DNA from: a bacterium
GTDB lineage: Bacteria > UBA8248
Length of the DNA: 64,000 nucleotides
Assembly (NCBI GenBank): GCA_965204535.1
Contig: CBDBEV010000001.1
Span: 2,880,001 to 2,944,000, forward strand
Reading direction: 5' to 3'
Of this stretch, positions 10,095 through 19,235 are shown in pieces. Position 1 is the first letter of the stretch; the number at the start of each line of letters is the position of its first letter. The notes under the pieces were generated by a model. That model was not told where the DNA came from. It saw only the letters and a program-made list of their open reading frames with translations, and did no database searches. The position numbers were made by a program, and so were the translations under genes.

Positions 10095-11593
10095 AATCCA
10101 TGGATATATCGGAAATCAGAATCCGCGCCGAGGCTTTTCTCGGCGAATCGCGAAAAGAGTGGTACGAGGTCGGCGCCGGTCTCAAGGAAGAAGTGCGACT
10201 GAGCGAGATTTTCGCCGAATACGCCGATCTTTTCACGCGCGAGAACGTCGAGGCGTTCGCTTCCCTCGCCGGACCGGAGGAAGATGCGGCCGAAGCCCTG
10301 AAATTGGCCGAGTTGCGCGGGTTTCTGACCCTGGGCCACATACGCGACGCGACGAGGGAGTTGAGCGAGCAGGCGCTTCTCTTCGAAACCAAAACCACCG
10401 TGAAAACGTCCGAGGGCGAATCCATCCCCTACCGGCAAAGCGCCGTCGCGCTCCTGAACGAATCGGAGCGTGAGAAGCGGCGTTTTCTGGAAAACGCCCG
10501 CTGTGATGCCCTGGCGGAGAAGAACGAATTTTTACGGCAAATTCATCGCACGACCCATGAAATGGCCGATGATTTGGGGTTCGAGGGCTATCTGGGCATG
10601 ATGGCGGCGCTCAAACGCTACCCGCTTGAGCCTGTTCGTGAGGAGATGGCGCGGTTTTTAGGGCGCACCGAAGCGCTTTACGCCGAGGCGATGGGAGAGG
10701 AACTGAGCCAGGCGGGGGTTCCTCCGGCGTCCGCGCAGCGACACGATGCGCAGTACTGTTTTCGGGGTGCGGAGTATGACGCTCTTTTCCCGGCGGAGAA
10801 GATCGAAACTTCTGCGCGGGAGATTTGCGCGTCGATGGGCCTCGATCTCTCGGCGGCGGGCAGGGTGCGCCTCGACATCGAGGACCGCCCCTTGAAGAGC
10901 CCCCGCGCGTTTTGCGCTTCCCTGCGCGTGCCGGATGAAGTCTATCTCGTCATCAGGCCCCGGGGCGGTTATGACGATTACCGCGCGTTCTGGCACGAAC
11001 TCGGCCACGCGCTTCATTTCGCGGGCGTGGCGGCGGACGCGCCTTTCGAGTGGAAGCGCCTGGGGGACAACTCCGTGACGGAGGGGTTCGCCATGCTCTT
11101 CGATCATCTGCTCTTCGAACCGCTCTGGCTGGAAGACGCCCTGGGCGGGGAGGCGTCGGACTACGCGGCGTTTCTGGCGCATCACGCGCTTTTCGAACTC
11201 TACATGCTCAGGCGCTACGCGGCGAAAATCGACTATGAACTCACGCTTCACCAGGGCGCAGGTCTGGAAGGCAAGGACGCCGCTTACCGGGAGAAGCTGA
11301 GCGCGGCGACGGGGGTGGAATACCCTGGCGTCTCCTATCTCGACGACGTGGACCCGTTTTTCTACTGCGCGAATTATCTGAGGGCGTGGATGCTACAGGC
11401 GCAGATGTCGGAAATTCTCAAGACGAAGTTCGGCAAGCGGTGGTGGGCCAACCAAAAGAGCGGCGGTTTCCTGGCGGAAATCTGGCGCGACGGCCAGCGC
11501 CACGACGGCGACTCCCTCTCCCGCCACTTGGGCTACGAGAAACTCACCACCGAACCGCTCGAGGCGCAGATCAGGAATCTCATGCCGCGCTAG
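10091..11593 (+). CDS. M3-family metallopeptidase (oligoendopeptidase F-like)
   Basis: HELGH zinc motif, downstream E in SVTEGFA, KSPRAFC. Confidence 0.75.
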   Translation: MKSMDISEIRIRAEAFLGESRKEWYEVGAGLKEEVRLSEIFAEYADLFTRENVEAFASLAGPEEDAAEALKLAELRGFLTLGHIRDATRELSEQALLFETKTTVKTSEGESIPYRQSAVALLNESEREKRRFLENARCDALAEKNEFLRQIHRTTHEMADDLGFEGYLGMMAALKRYPLEPVREEMARFLGRTEALYAEAMGEELSQAGVPPASAQRHDAQYCFRGAEYDALFPAEKIETSAREICASMGLDLSAAGRVRLDIEDRPLKSPRAFCASLRVPDEVYLVIRPRGGYDDYRAFWHELGHALHFAGVAADAPFEWKRLGDNSVTEGFAMLFDHLLFEPLWLEDALGGEASDYAAFLAHHALFELYMLRRYAAKIDYELTLHQGAGLEGKDAAYREKLSAATGVEYPGVSYLDDVDPFFYCANYLRAWMLQAQMSEILKTKFGKRWWANQKSGGFLAEIWRDGQRHDGDSLSRHLGYEKLTTEPLEAQIRNLMPR

Positions 11594-11615
11594 CGGGAAT
11601 GCGAACTACCCCTAC

Positions 11616-11799
11616 GGAGGCTGTTGAGAAGGCCCGCCTCGCTTGGAATTCATCCCCTGAGGATTTGGCGCGACCGTGGAGGGGGCGGTTTTTGTAGGGG
11701 ACGCATATATGCGTCCCTGCGTTTTCGACGTCGAAACACGGGCCGCATACTATGCGGCCCCTACAATTTGCCGGCATTGCAGGGTTTTTCAACAACTCC
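11616..11799. mobile_element. MITE-like element with imperfect GGAG..TGTTGA ends carrying a REP doublet
   Basis: GGAGGCTGTTGAGAA ... TTTTCAACAACTCC, flanked by CTAC on both sides. Confidence 0.55.
11693..11765. repeat. GTAG-type REP doublet (REPIN-like)
   Basis: TGTAGGGGACGCATATATGCGTCCC-spacer-GGGCCGCATACTATGCGGCCCCTACA; related copies at 35858 and 61412. Confidence 0.8.
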
Positions 11800-11833
11800 C
11801 TACAGGAGCGATCGCGCTTCATCCGCCCGGGCC

Positions 11834-12892
11834 TTAAAGCGTGACGGGCTGGCCCTCCTTGCACGAACGGTCCGCCGCCATGGTGAGGGCGAGCACCTCT
11901 CTCGCGTGCGCGCCCGTGGCGAGTCCCACCCCGCCGATTCCCAGGATGTGGCGCACGAAGGCGTCGGTTTCCTCCTTCATGGGGCCGAAGAACTCGCCCA
12001 TCACGAAGTCCCCCGGCATGGCGGAACCCAGGAAGGCGACGTTCACCTGGTGTTCGGGCGTGTAGGGGCAGGGAATCGGGTCCTCGGGCGCGAGGATGAC
12101 GTCCCGGTGGGCGTCGTCCACGTTCAGCGAGCCTTTCGTGCCTTGGAGGTCGATCTCCATCGTCGCCGTATAGGCGGGCCAGTGGTGGGGCGGGAGCCAG
12201 CTCGTGCCCAGCGTGGCCACGCTCCCGTCGTCGAAGGTGACGATCATCCACTGGAAATCGTCGCGGTTGTATTTCTTGAACACGAAGCTCGCCGCGCGGG
12301 CGTAGACCTCGACGGGCTTTTTCCCCTCCATGTACCATAGGATGAGGTCGACCATGTAGGTGAGGGTGTTGATGGAGGGCGTGGTGTTGGGCGAGCGCCT
12401 CGCCACCGCCTCGCCCACCGCGCGGGTGACGTAGATCTTGCCGAGCGCCATCACGATGTCGCCGAGTTGTCCGGCGAAGGCCGCCTGCTTGGCGAGCAGA
12501 AAGCGCCTCCTGTAGCGCTGGGTGTAGCCCACGAAAATCTCGGCGCCCGACTCATCGGCCTTCGCCAGAATGTCGTCCGCCTCGTCCAGGTCCAAGACGA
12601 AGGGTTTTTCGATGAGCACGGGTTTTCCGAGTTTGGCCGCCAGGGCGGCGGGGCCGTGGTGGTACTCCTCGTCCGAGGAGACGATGACGGCGCCCACGCG
12701 CTCGTCCCGAATCGCCACCTCGTATTTTTCCGTCGCCACGTCGGCCCGCACCGACTCCGCGAGGCGGTCGAGCTTCTCGGGCACGATGTCGCACACGGCG
12801 AGGTAGTCCACCTGGGGGATTTGCGCGCAAGAATGCGCCCTGAGCGTTCCGATGCCGCCCGCGCCGATGACGGCTACTCCTGTCGTTTTCAC
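11834..12892 (-). CDS. Gfo/Idh/MocA-family NAD-dependent oxidoreductase
   Basis: VAVIGAGGIG, VLIEKP, VGYTQRY; GTG start after GAGGAG. Confidence 0.88.
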   Translation of the reverse strand: MKTTGVAVIGAGGIGTLRAHSCAQIPQVDYLAVCDIVPEKLDRLAESVRADVATEKYEVAIRDERVGAVIVSSDEEYHHGPAALAAKLGKPVLIEKPFVLDLDEADDILAKADESGAEIFVGYTQRYRRRFLLAKQAAFAGQLGDIVMALGKIYVTRAVGEAVARRSPNTTPSINTLTYMVDLILWYMEGKKPVEVYARAASFVFKKYNRDDFQWMIVTFDDGSVATLGTSWLPPHHWPAYTATMEIDLQGTKGSLNVDDAHRDVILAPEDPIPCPYTPEHQVNVAFLGSAMPGDFVMGEFFGPMKEETDAFVRHILGIGGVGLATGAHAREVLALTMAADRSCKEGQPVTL

Positions 12893-12988
12893 AATCGTCT
12901 CCTCACTTGAATTTGCATCCGGTTCATTCTGGGGGAATAATCCCCTCTGTCCAATATCAAGGTTCCCGTCATATATCTGGAGAATTCC

Positions 12989-13966
12989 ATGCGCATCGAT
13001 GTTCAGACCCATCATGTACCACAAGCCTACGTCAAAGCGCTCGCCGCCCGCTCCGATTTTCCGCACTACGAGAAGGCGGAGGATTTCTGGTGGGCGTGGG
13101 CGAGCCCGGATGAAAAGCTCCCGATGCGTTCTCCCGCGCTGGACATCTCCATCAAGCTCGCCGAAATGGATGAGCAGGAAATCGATATTGCCCTAATCAG
13201 CATGAACATTCCAGGCCCGGACCTCGCCAGAAGCCCCGGGGACGCGGACGAGCTCGCGCGAATCGGGAACGACGGGCTGGCCGAGGCGGCGGCGCTTCAC
13301 CCGGGGCGGTTTCGCGGCTTGGCCTCACTCGGCTTCGGGGATATGGACGCGACCTGCCGCGAGCTGCAGCGCTGCGTGGACGATCTTGGTTTCGTGGGCC
13401 TGCAGGTGTTCTCCTACATCGGCGGCAGGCGCTACATCGACGACGCGGCCTATGAGCCCTTGTGGGGGCTATTGGCCGAGCGCGGCGTTCCGCTCGTGCT
13501 GCATCCGGGGCCTTCTCCCTCCGGGCCGCAGTACAAGGATCACTGGCTGGGGCCGATGATCGGCTTCATGTTCGATGAGTGCCTGGCGGCGCTGCGGCTC
13601 ATCCTGAGCGGCGTGCTGGAGCGCCACCCGAACCTCAAGGTGCTCCTGCCGCACGGGGGCGCGTCGCTCCCGCTGTTCATCGGGCGGGTGGACAACCTGA
13701 GTTCGCGCTACCGTGAGGATCAGGACCTCATCACACGCGACCCGAGCGAATACTTCGCGCGCTTCCACACGGACACGGTGGTTCACTCCCAGACGGCGCT
13801 CGAATTTTCTCTCAAGGAGATGGGCGCATCGCGCATGATGTTCGCGAGCGACGCCCCCTGGGTGCCCGTGAAGCGCCACGCCGACATGATGGACGCGCTG
13901 GATATTTCTGCGGAAGACGCGGAACGAATCTGGAGCGGCACGGCGAAAGCGTTTTTCGGTTTGTAG
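12989..13966 (+). CDS. Amidohydrolase_2 family protein (ACMSD-like)
   Basis: IDVQTHH, VLHP, PHGG, MFASDAPW. Confidence 0.83.
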   Translation: MRIDVQTHHVPQAYVKALAARSDFPHYEKAEDFWWAWASPDEKLPMRSPALDISIKLAEMDEQEIDIALISMNIPGPDLARSPGDADELARIGNDGLAEAAALHPGRFRGLASLGFGDMDATCRELQRCVDDLGFVGLQVFSYIGGRRYIDDAAYEPLWGLLAERGVPLVLHPGPSPSGPQYKDHWLGPMIGFMFDECLAALRLILSGVLERHPNLKVLLPHGGASLPLFIGRVDNLSSRYREDQDLITRDPSEYFARFHTDTVVHSQTALEFSLKEMGASRMMFASDAPWVPVKRHADMMDALDISAEDAERIWSGTAKAFFGL

Positions 13967-13976
13967 AGCGCTGGTT

Positions 13977-14432
13977 TTATGTGTCGCTTCTGAGCAGCAT
14001 GCGCTTAACATCGTATTCGAGCACCACCTCGCCGTTCTGGTTGCGCACCCTCTGGTGTGTTGCGACGACGCCGCGATCGGGCCTGCTTTTGGAGGGGCGC
14101 ACGTCGGTCGTCTCGACTTCCACCGTGAGCGTATCGCCCACGTAGACAGGCGCGCGCGCCACGAGGCCGTCCACGCCCAAAAGCGCTATCGCGTAATCGT
14201 GCAAAACGCCCGTCTGGACGATGAGGGTATCCGCGATGCCGCAGGTGAAAAGAGCCGGGGCCATGCGCCTTTCGTGGCCTTTCCCCCTCAAGAACTCCAT
14301 GTCGAGGAACAGGCTTTCCGTATAGCCCACGAGGTTGACGTAGTTCACCACGTCGGTCTCGGTGATGGTCCTGCCCCGGGTGGTGAATTTGCTCCCGACT
14401 TCCCATTTTTCGAACGCGACGCCTTCGCTCAT
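13977..14432 (-). CDS. MaoC-family dehydratase
   Basis: GRTITETD, APVYVGDTL, RPSKSRPDRGVV, NQNGEVV. Confidence 0.85.
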   Translation of the reverse strand: MSEGVAFEKWEVGSKFTTRGRTITETDVVNYVNLVGYTESLFLDMEFLRGKGHERRMAPALFTCGIADTLIVQTGVLHDYAIALLGVDGLVARAPVYVGDTLTVEVETTDVRPSKSRPDRGVVATHQRVRNQNGEVVLEYDVKRMLLRSDT

Positions 14433-14585
14433 GAAACCTGAAACCTCCCGAATAGTTGTGTGATTCCGCGGGAGGCGATTCTACAGGCGGGCGCGTAAAT
14501 CTTCAAAGTTCGCGCGCTCGATAGTGCCTCACTTATAAAATAGGAACATCGCAAAGGCGGGATATGAAACTGGCGGGTTCCGGTC

Positions 14586-14813
14586 TCAGCCTCCGGTGCG
14601 CTCGATGAGCACTTTCTGCCCTTCGATGAGCGCCTTGAGCGCAGACATGTTCTCTTCTCTGCTAGTCCTGATCTCTTCCATATTCTCCATGTGCCGCCGA
14701 ATGCTTTCCTGTTCCCTGCGTTCGGTCCCTTTTCTCATGGAGTGAATGCCGTAGAAAATCAGCCCAAGACCGATGTACTGCCCGAAGATGCTGAACATTT
14801 CATAGGAAGTCAT
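14586..14813 (-). CDS. Small single-TM hypothetical protein with coiled-coil-like tail
   Basis: ATG after AAAGGAG; MTSYEMFSIFGQYIGLGLIFYG...ALKALIEGQKVLIERTGG. Confidence 0.6.
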   Translation of the reverse strand: MTSYEMFSIFGQYIGLGLIFYGIHSMRKGTERREQESIRRHMENMEEIRTSREENMSALKALIEGQKVLIERTGG

Positions 14814-15198
14814 GGTATCTCCTTTCCATAGGCGTCTTCTATTCTCCGTTAAATTTTCAAGAAGCGTCAAGGCCTCTCTTGAATATATCTGATTGATAGA
14901 ACCATTTTGCCATTGCATCATTCTCCCGCCAAATATCTGCATGTGGTCCCGTAAGTCGGGTCTCCCGCTGAATACAAAACCGCTCCTGCGGGAATAAGCA
15001 GGACCTCACATCAACGTGCGGATGTTTGGCGACCGACCCGGCTTCGCTGAGAGGCGCTTTGTGATGAAACAGGGTAATCATTAAAATATCAATAAGTTAG
15101 GTGAGATGGAACCCGGCGGCGTCGAATAGTATAATAAGCAGGTCGCTGGTTCACGTCTTTTCCCGGCAAACGGGTAAAGCTACAGGGGAGACGGACAG

Positions 15199-15939
15199 AT
15201 GAAGCGCTATGGGGTCATCATTGCATTGAGTGCTTTGGCGGTTGTTTTTCTGATCAATTCTGCGGCGGCGGATGACCGTCGAGGCAGGCGCCACGGAATC
15301 AAGCGGCACCATAAATACAAATCGCACCGGCACCACAGAGCGCATCAGCATCGCAAATGGCATCGCCATCATCGCCGTCCCCGCGTCATCGTTCGCCATA
15401 ATTTCTGGTACGGCTATCCTGCCTGGTATGGCTATCCGGTCTGGACCGGCCCGCGCGTCATTTATCGCCCCTACCCGCGTGAGCGCTACGTCTATCATTC
15501 GACGGGCGATGATTGCGCGGTCTATTACACGAACAACGACAACGAGGTTCTCGGCTCGGTCATCGGCGCGATCGGCGGCGGCGTCATCGGGCATCAACTC
15601 GGCAAGGGAAGCGGTCACGGACTGGCCACCTTCGCGGGCGTGCTTCTCGGCAGCGTGGTGGGCGGGCAGATCGGGCGCGACCTGGACGAGGCCGAGCGGC
15701 TCAGGCTCGCGAGCGCCACGCAGTACGCGCTCGAGAACCAGCGCTCCGGCACGCGCACCGTTTGGGACAACCCCGACAGGCGGGTCTGCGGCGTCGTCGT
15801 TCCCAGGCCGGCCTTCAAGAACGAACTCGACCAGTACTGCCGGGAGTTCCAGCAGACGATCGTCGTAGACGGCAAAAAGCAAAACGCCTACGGCACCGCC
15901 TGCAGGCAGCCCGATGGACAGTGGAAGATCGCCAACTAG
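15199..15939 (+). CDS. Glycine-zipper surface antigen (17 kDa/RT0821-like) with His/Arg-rich N-terminus
   Basis: Signal peptide, GSVIGAIGGGVIG...GGQIG zipper, WDNPD, YCREFQQT..AYGTACRQPDGQW. Confidence 0.85.
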   Translation: MKRYGVIIALSALAVVFLINSAAADDRRGRRHGIKRHHKYKSHRHHRAHQHRKWHRHHRRPRVIVRHNFWYGYPAWYGYPVWTGPRVIYRPYPRERYVYHSTGDDCAVYYTNNDNEVLGSVIGAIGGGVIGHQLGKGSGHGLATFAGVLLGSVVGGQIGRDLDEAERLRLASATQYALENQRSGTRTVWDNPDRRVCGVVVPRPAFKNELDQYCREFQQTIVVDGKKQNAYGTACRQPDGQWKIAN

Positions 15940-16100
15940 CCCGCTGACGCTTAAGTGGGTTGTTGAATAACCCCTGGATGCGACCCCTGCACAAACCGCC
16001 AACGCCTCTTTCCTCACCCTGAGTAGCCGCCGGAGGCGGCGTATCAAAGGGTGAGAGGAGTTGAACGCCTCGCGCCGGGCGGAGCAATCGCTTCCGCATT

Positions 16101-16411
16101 GGGGCTGTTGAAAAACCCTGGAACACTGGATTTGTCGTATATAACTGACCGACGAGAGAGAAAAATCACTCCCCCCTTGAGGGTCGGGCTTCCCGAGGGG
16201 AAAGCCCGACAGAAGCCGAGCGTTTTTTGCGAAGGCTGATGCGGTGGGGGGTGAAATGCGTTTTATCGCCATTGCGAATTATACCCCCCACCGAATCGCT
16301 TGCGGGCTTACGCCCTTAGCTCTTCGTCTGGCTTTCCCCTCGGGAAGCCCGACCCCCTCAAGGGGGGAGTGAAATCTAGCGCGCTCCTTCTGTGGGTTTT
16401 TCAACAGCCCC
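16101..16411. mobile_element. MITE with perfect 18-bp TIRs and 5-bp target duplication, enclosing a long hairpin repeat
   Basis: GCATT|GGGGCTGTTGAAAAACCC ... GGGTTTTTCAACAGCCCC|GCATT. Interior ~16166-16371 is an inverted copy of ~61120-61318. Confidence 0.8.
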
Positions 16412-16526
16412 GCATTAGGCGCGATTGACCTTCGATACGCGACTTCGCCGCTACTCAAGATGAGGCGACGGGGAGACCCTGCGCACCGAATCACGAAATC
16501 AGGGCTTATTCAAGAAATCCCTAAGC

Positions 16527-17567
16527 CTAGTCCATCACGATGACCGCGCGGCCCGTGACGGCCGCGACTTCCAGCCGTTCGTGCACTTTTTCCACCTCTT
16601 CGGCGTTGAACGAGTAGGTCTCCGTCACCACGGGCCAGACGTCGCCCCGCGCCACCAGATCGAGCGATTCCTTGAGTTCCTGTTTCGAACAGTATCGGCT
16701 GCCCAAGAGTTCGAGTTCTTTCGTCACCATATCGCGCGCCGCGGCCTGGAACGGCTGCCCCGTGCCGCCCAGCGTCACCAGGCGCCCGCCGATTCCCAGG
16801 GATTGAACGCCCGCTTCCATCGTGGCGGCGGAGGAGACGAAGTCGACCACCACGTCTACGCCCTCCCCGTTCGTCAAGTCCATGAGCGCGCCAGCCACGT
16901 CTCCCTGGGATGCGTCGACGACCTCGTCCGCGCCCACGTCGCGGCACTTGCCCAGCTTGTTCGCCGCGGCGTCCACGGCGATGACCCTCGCGTGCGCCCA
17001 CTTCGCCATCATCACCATGTGGATGCCCACGCCGCCGCCCGCGCCGATGACGGCCACGTTCTCGAGCGGCGCGATGCGCGCGCGCTTCGTTACTTTATAC
17101 GGGGTGGCTATCGCGTCGCAGATAACGGAGACCTCCGCCGCGTTATTCTCGTAATCCAGCCCGGCGGGGATTTTGATGAAATTCCGTGCGGGCAGCTTGA
17201 TGTATTCGGCATAGGCGCCCTGCACCTGGCGGCCGATGTAGCCCGTGAAGTTCTCGCACAGCGTTTCGCGGTTGATAAGGCACCACTTGCACCTCCCGCA
17301 CGTGACGTAGAAATGGGCGGTCACCGCGTCGCCCTCCTGGAGGCCCTCCACGCCTTCGCCCAGGGCGGTGATGACGGCGGTGATCTCATGGCCGATGATG
17401 AGGGGATAGGTCACATCGGGCACCCGGCCCATGCGGGCGTGGTGGATGGTCAGCCCCGCGCCGCATGCCAGTACCTTCGCGACCGCCTCCCCCGGCCCCG
17501 CCACGGGGTCCGGATATTCTTCCTCGACAAAGGGTTCTCCAGGTCCTCTCAGCACCATCGCCTTCAA
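16527..17567 (-). CDS. Zinc-binding (MDR) alcohol dehydrogenase-like protein
   Basis: IGHE, CGRCKWC..ETLC structural Zn site, GAGGGVG; TTG start after GAGGAGG. Confidence 0.88.
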   Translation of the reverse strand: MKAMVLRGPGEPFVEEEYPDPVAGPGEAVAKVLACGAGLTIHHARMGRVPDVTYPLIIGHEITAVITALGEGVEGLQEGDAVTAHFYVTCGRCKWCLINRETLCENFTGYIGRQVQGAYAEYIKLPARNFIKIPAGLDYENNAAEVSVICDAIATPYKVTKRARIAPLENVAVIGAGGGVGIHMVMMAKWAHARVIAVDAAANKLGKCRDVGADEVVDASQGDVAGALMDLTNGEGVDVVVDFVSSAATMEAGVQSLGIGGRLVTLGGTGQPFQAAARDMVTKELELLGSRYCSKQELKESLDLVARGDVWPVVTETYSFNAEEVEKVHERLEVAAVTGRAVIVMD

Positions 17568-17696
17568 TGGGCGTCCTCCTCAAATAAATGAATGGGATTT
17601 CAGTCACGCGATTACAACACACGGGAGAGCGCCTAGGCAACGAGGAGCGGATGGCGTACCCTCACGGGGCGGCGTCCGAAGGGAAAGCGAGAGAAG

Positions 17697-18080
17697 ATGA
17701 ACGAACCCCCCGTAAGTGAAGAGAGAGTGTTCGACGCGCAGCGCGCGGCCAGGACCACGCTGCTGGTCGGCGCGTTGCTCATCGTCTTCACCGCGTCTGC
17801 GATGTATATGGACCAGCCGGGCAGGGTGGGCTACGGCTGGGCGACGCTGGGGGCGGGAGCGGCCCTGGGCCTGTTCGGGCTGGCGACACTGCGGGGGTTC
17901 GCGTGGTGTAGTTATCTCTCGGTCCTTGTTCTGGGCGTGTTCGATTTCATCTGGATGGTGCGGGTGCTCGAGGGTTTCGACGTCGGCCTCGCCATCTGGA
18001 TAGCGATATGCTTTTTCGCCATCCGCGAGATATGGCCGGGCATCGACGAGAAATTTCCGTGGGTGAAGCGCAATCCCTGA
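17697..18080 (+). CDS. Hypothetical membrane protein (about 4 TM)
   Basis: 127 aa with four hydrophobic stretches; fills the gap between flanking genes. Confidence 0.65.
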   Translation: MNEPPVSEERVFDAQRAARTTLLVGALLIVFTASAMYMDQPGRVGYGWATLGAGAALGLFGLATLRGFAWCSYLSVLVLGVFDFIWMVRVLEGFDVGLAIWIAICFFAIREIWPGIDEKFPWVKRNP

Positions 18081-18106
18081 GGGCGCGTCCGCGAGGCTAC
18101 AACGTA

Positions 18107-19213
18107 TTACATTCTTTCCATCACGTATCGAACGCACTCGAAATGACGCGGTGCATTGCTAGGCGCGAATTCAGGCGCGTTCAGGGCCCATAGCGGCACG
18201 ATGCTCTCATGCAGCGAGCCGTGGCTTCTGAGCCTGACCTCGCGCTCGGCTTCTTCCATCACGCCGAATACGGTCTCTGAATCAGCCAGCACCATGACCT
18301 CGCCCACCCGCCCGGGCATCAACTGGAAGCGCGCGGCGGCCTCTTGACGCGTGAGCGCATCGTCGATGCCGGGGTGCGCTTTCAGAATGGCGATGGCCTC
18401 GGCAAGTGAATCCTCGTTTTCCAGGTGGACATAGGCGGCGCCGCCCTGGTTGCCGTGGTGGACGACGTAGCGGTCCTTGATGATGGGCACGGCTTCCGCG
18501 CCGACGCCCTCAGCTCTCACAATGACGCCCGGATCGAGCGCCCGCGTCTTATCAAGCATGCCGTGGTCGGCGGTGATGAAGATCGCCCCGTCCTTGTGAA
18601 TACGCAACCAGCTATCGACGAGTTTTCCGACTTCCGCATCAAGCGCGGCGTGGTGCGCCTGCGCCTCTTCGCTTTCAGGGCCGTATTTGTGCTGCATGTA
18701 GTCCGTCGTGGTGACGTAGAGAAGGTCCGGTTTTTCCTCTTCCAGCACTGTGCGCGCCGCCCGCAGGAGCCAGAGGTTCACGGCCCCGCTGTATATCTCC
18801 TCTTTAGGCCCTGCTATTCGGGTGAGCCACTCCGGCGGGTCTTCCGCGGTGACGACCGTCTCCGCTCCTTTGCCTATCATGTCGCAGAGCTTTTGTTTGG
18901 ACGCCAGGACGGCGGTCTTACGTCCCGCCGCGCTGCCCGTCTCCATGAGGGTGGGCGCAAGAACGAAATCCCCCGATTCCATATAGACTTCCTCGCCCGT
19001 CTCTGCGTTCAGGAAGTAGTTGGCCGTAATGCCGTGCGCGGCGGGGGGCGCGCCGCAGATCATCGAGACGTTGTTCACGTTGGTGACAGAGGGCATCTGG
19101 CACGAGACGGTGTAGCGTGCCCCCTCGCTCTCGATTCTGTCGAGATTCGGCGTGTGGGAGGCTTCGAAATAGGCGGGGTCGCCCCCGTCGATCAGGATGA
19201 TGAGAGCGCGCAT
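18107..19213 (-). CDS. Alkaline-phosphatase-superfamily hydrolase, phosphonoacetate hydrolase (PhnA)-like
   Basis: IDGG, MPSVTNVNNVS (Thr nucleophile), TTDYMQHK, TADHGM, LRSHG. Confidence 0.8.
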   Translation of the reverse strand: MRALIILIDGGDPAYFEASHTPNLDRIESEGARYTVSCQMPSVTNVNNVSMICGAPPAAHGITANYFLNAETGEEVYMESGDFVLAPTLMETGSAAGRKTAVLASKQKLCDMIGKGAETVVTAEDPPEWLTRIAGPKEEIYSGAVNLWLLRAARTVLEEEKPDLLYVTTTDYMQHKYGPESEEAQAHHAALDAEVGKLVDSWLRIHKDGAIFITADHGMLDKTRALDPGVIVRAEGVGAEAVPIIKDRYVVHHGNQGGAAYVHLENEDSLAEAIAILKAHPGIDDALTRQEAAARFQLMPGRVGEVMVLADSETVFGVMEEAEREVRLRSHGSLHESIVPLWALNAPEFAPSNAPRHFECVRYVMERM

Positions 19214-19235
19214 GCGGAACCGGGAGCCTGCCGAA

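Noticed and set aside
15100-15130. Intact tRNA or tmRNA gene
   Set aside because: Only a ~20-nt 3'-like fragment; no complementary 5' stem, D arm or anticodon arm
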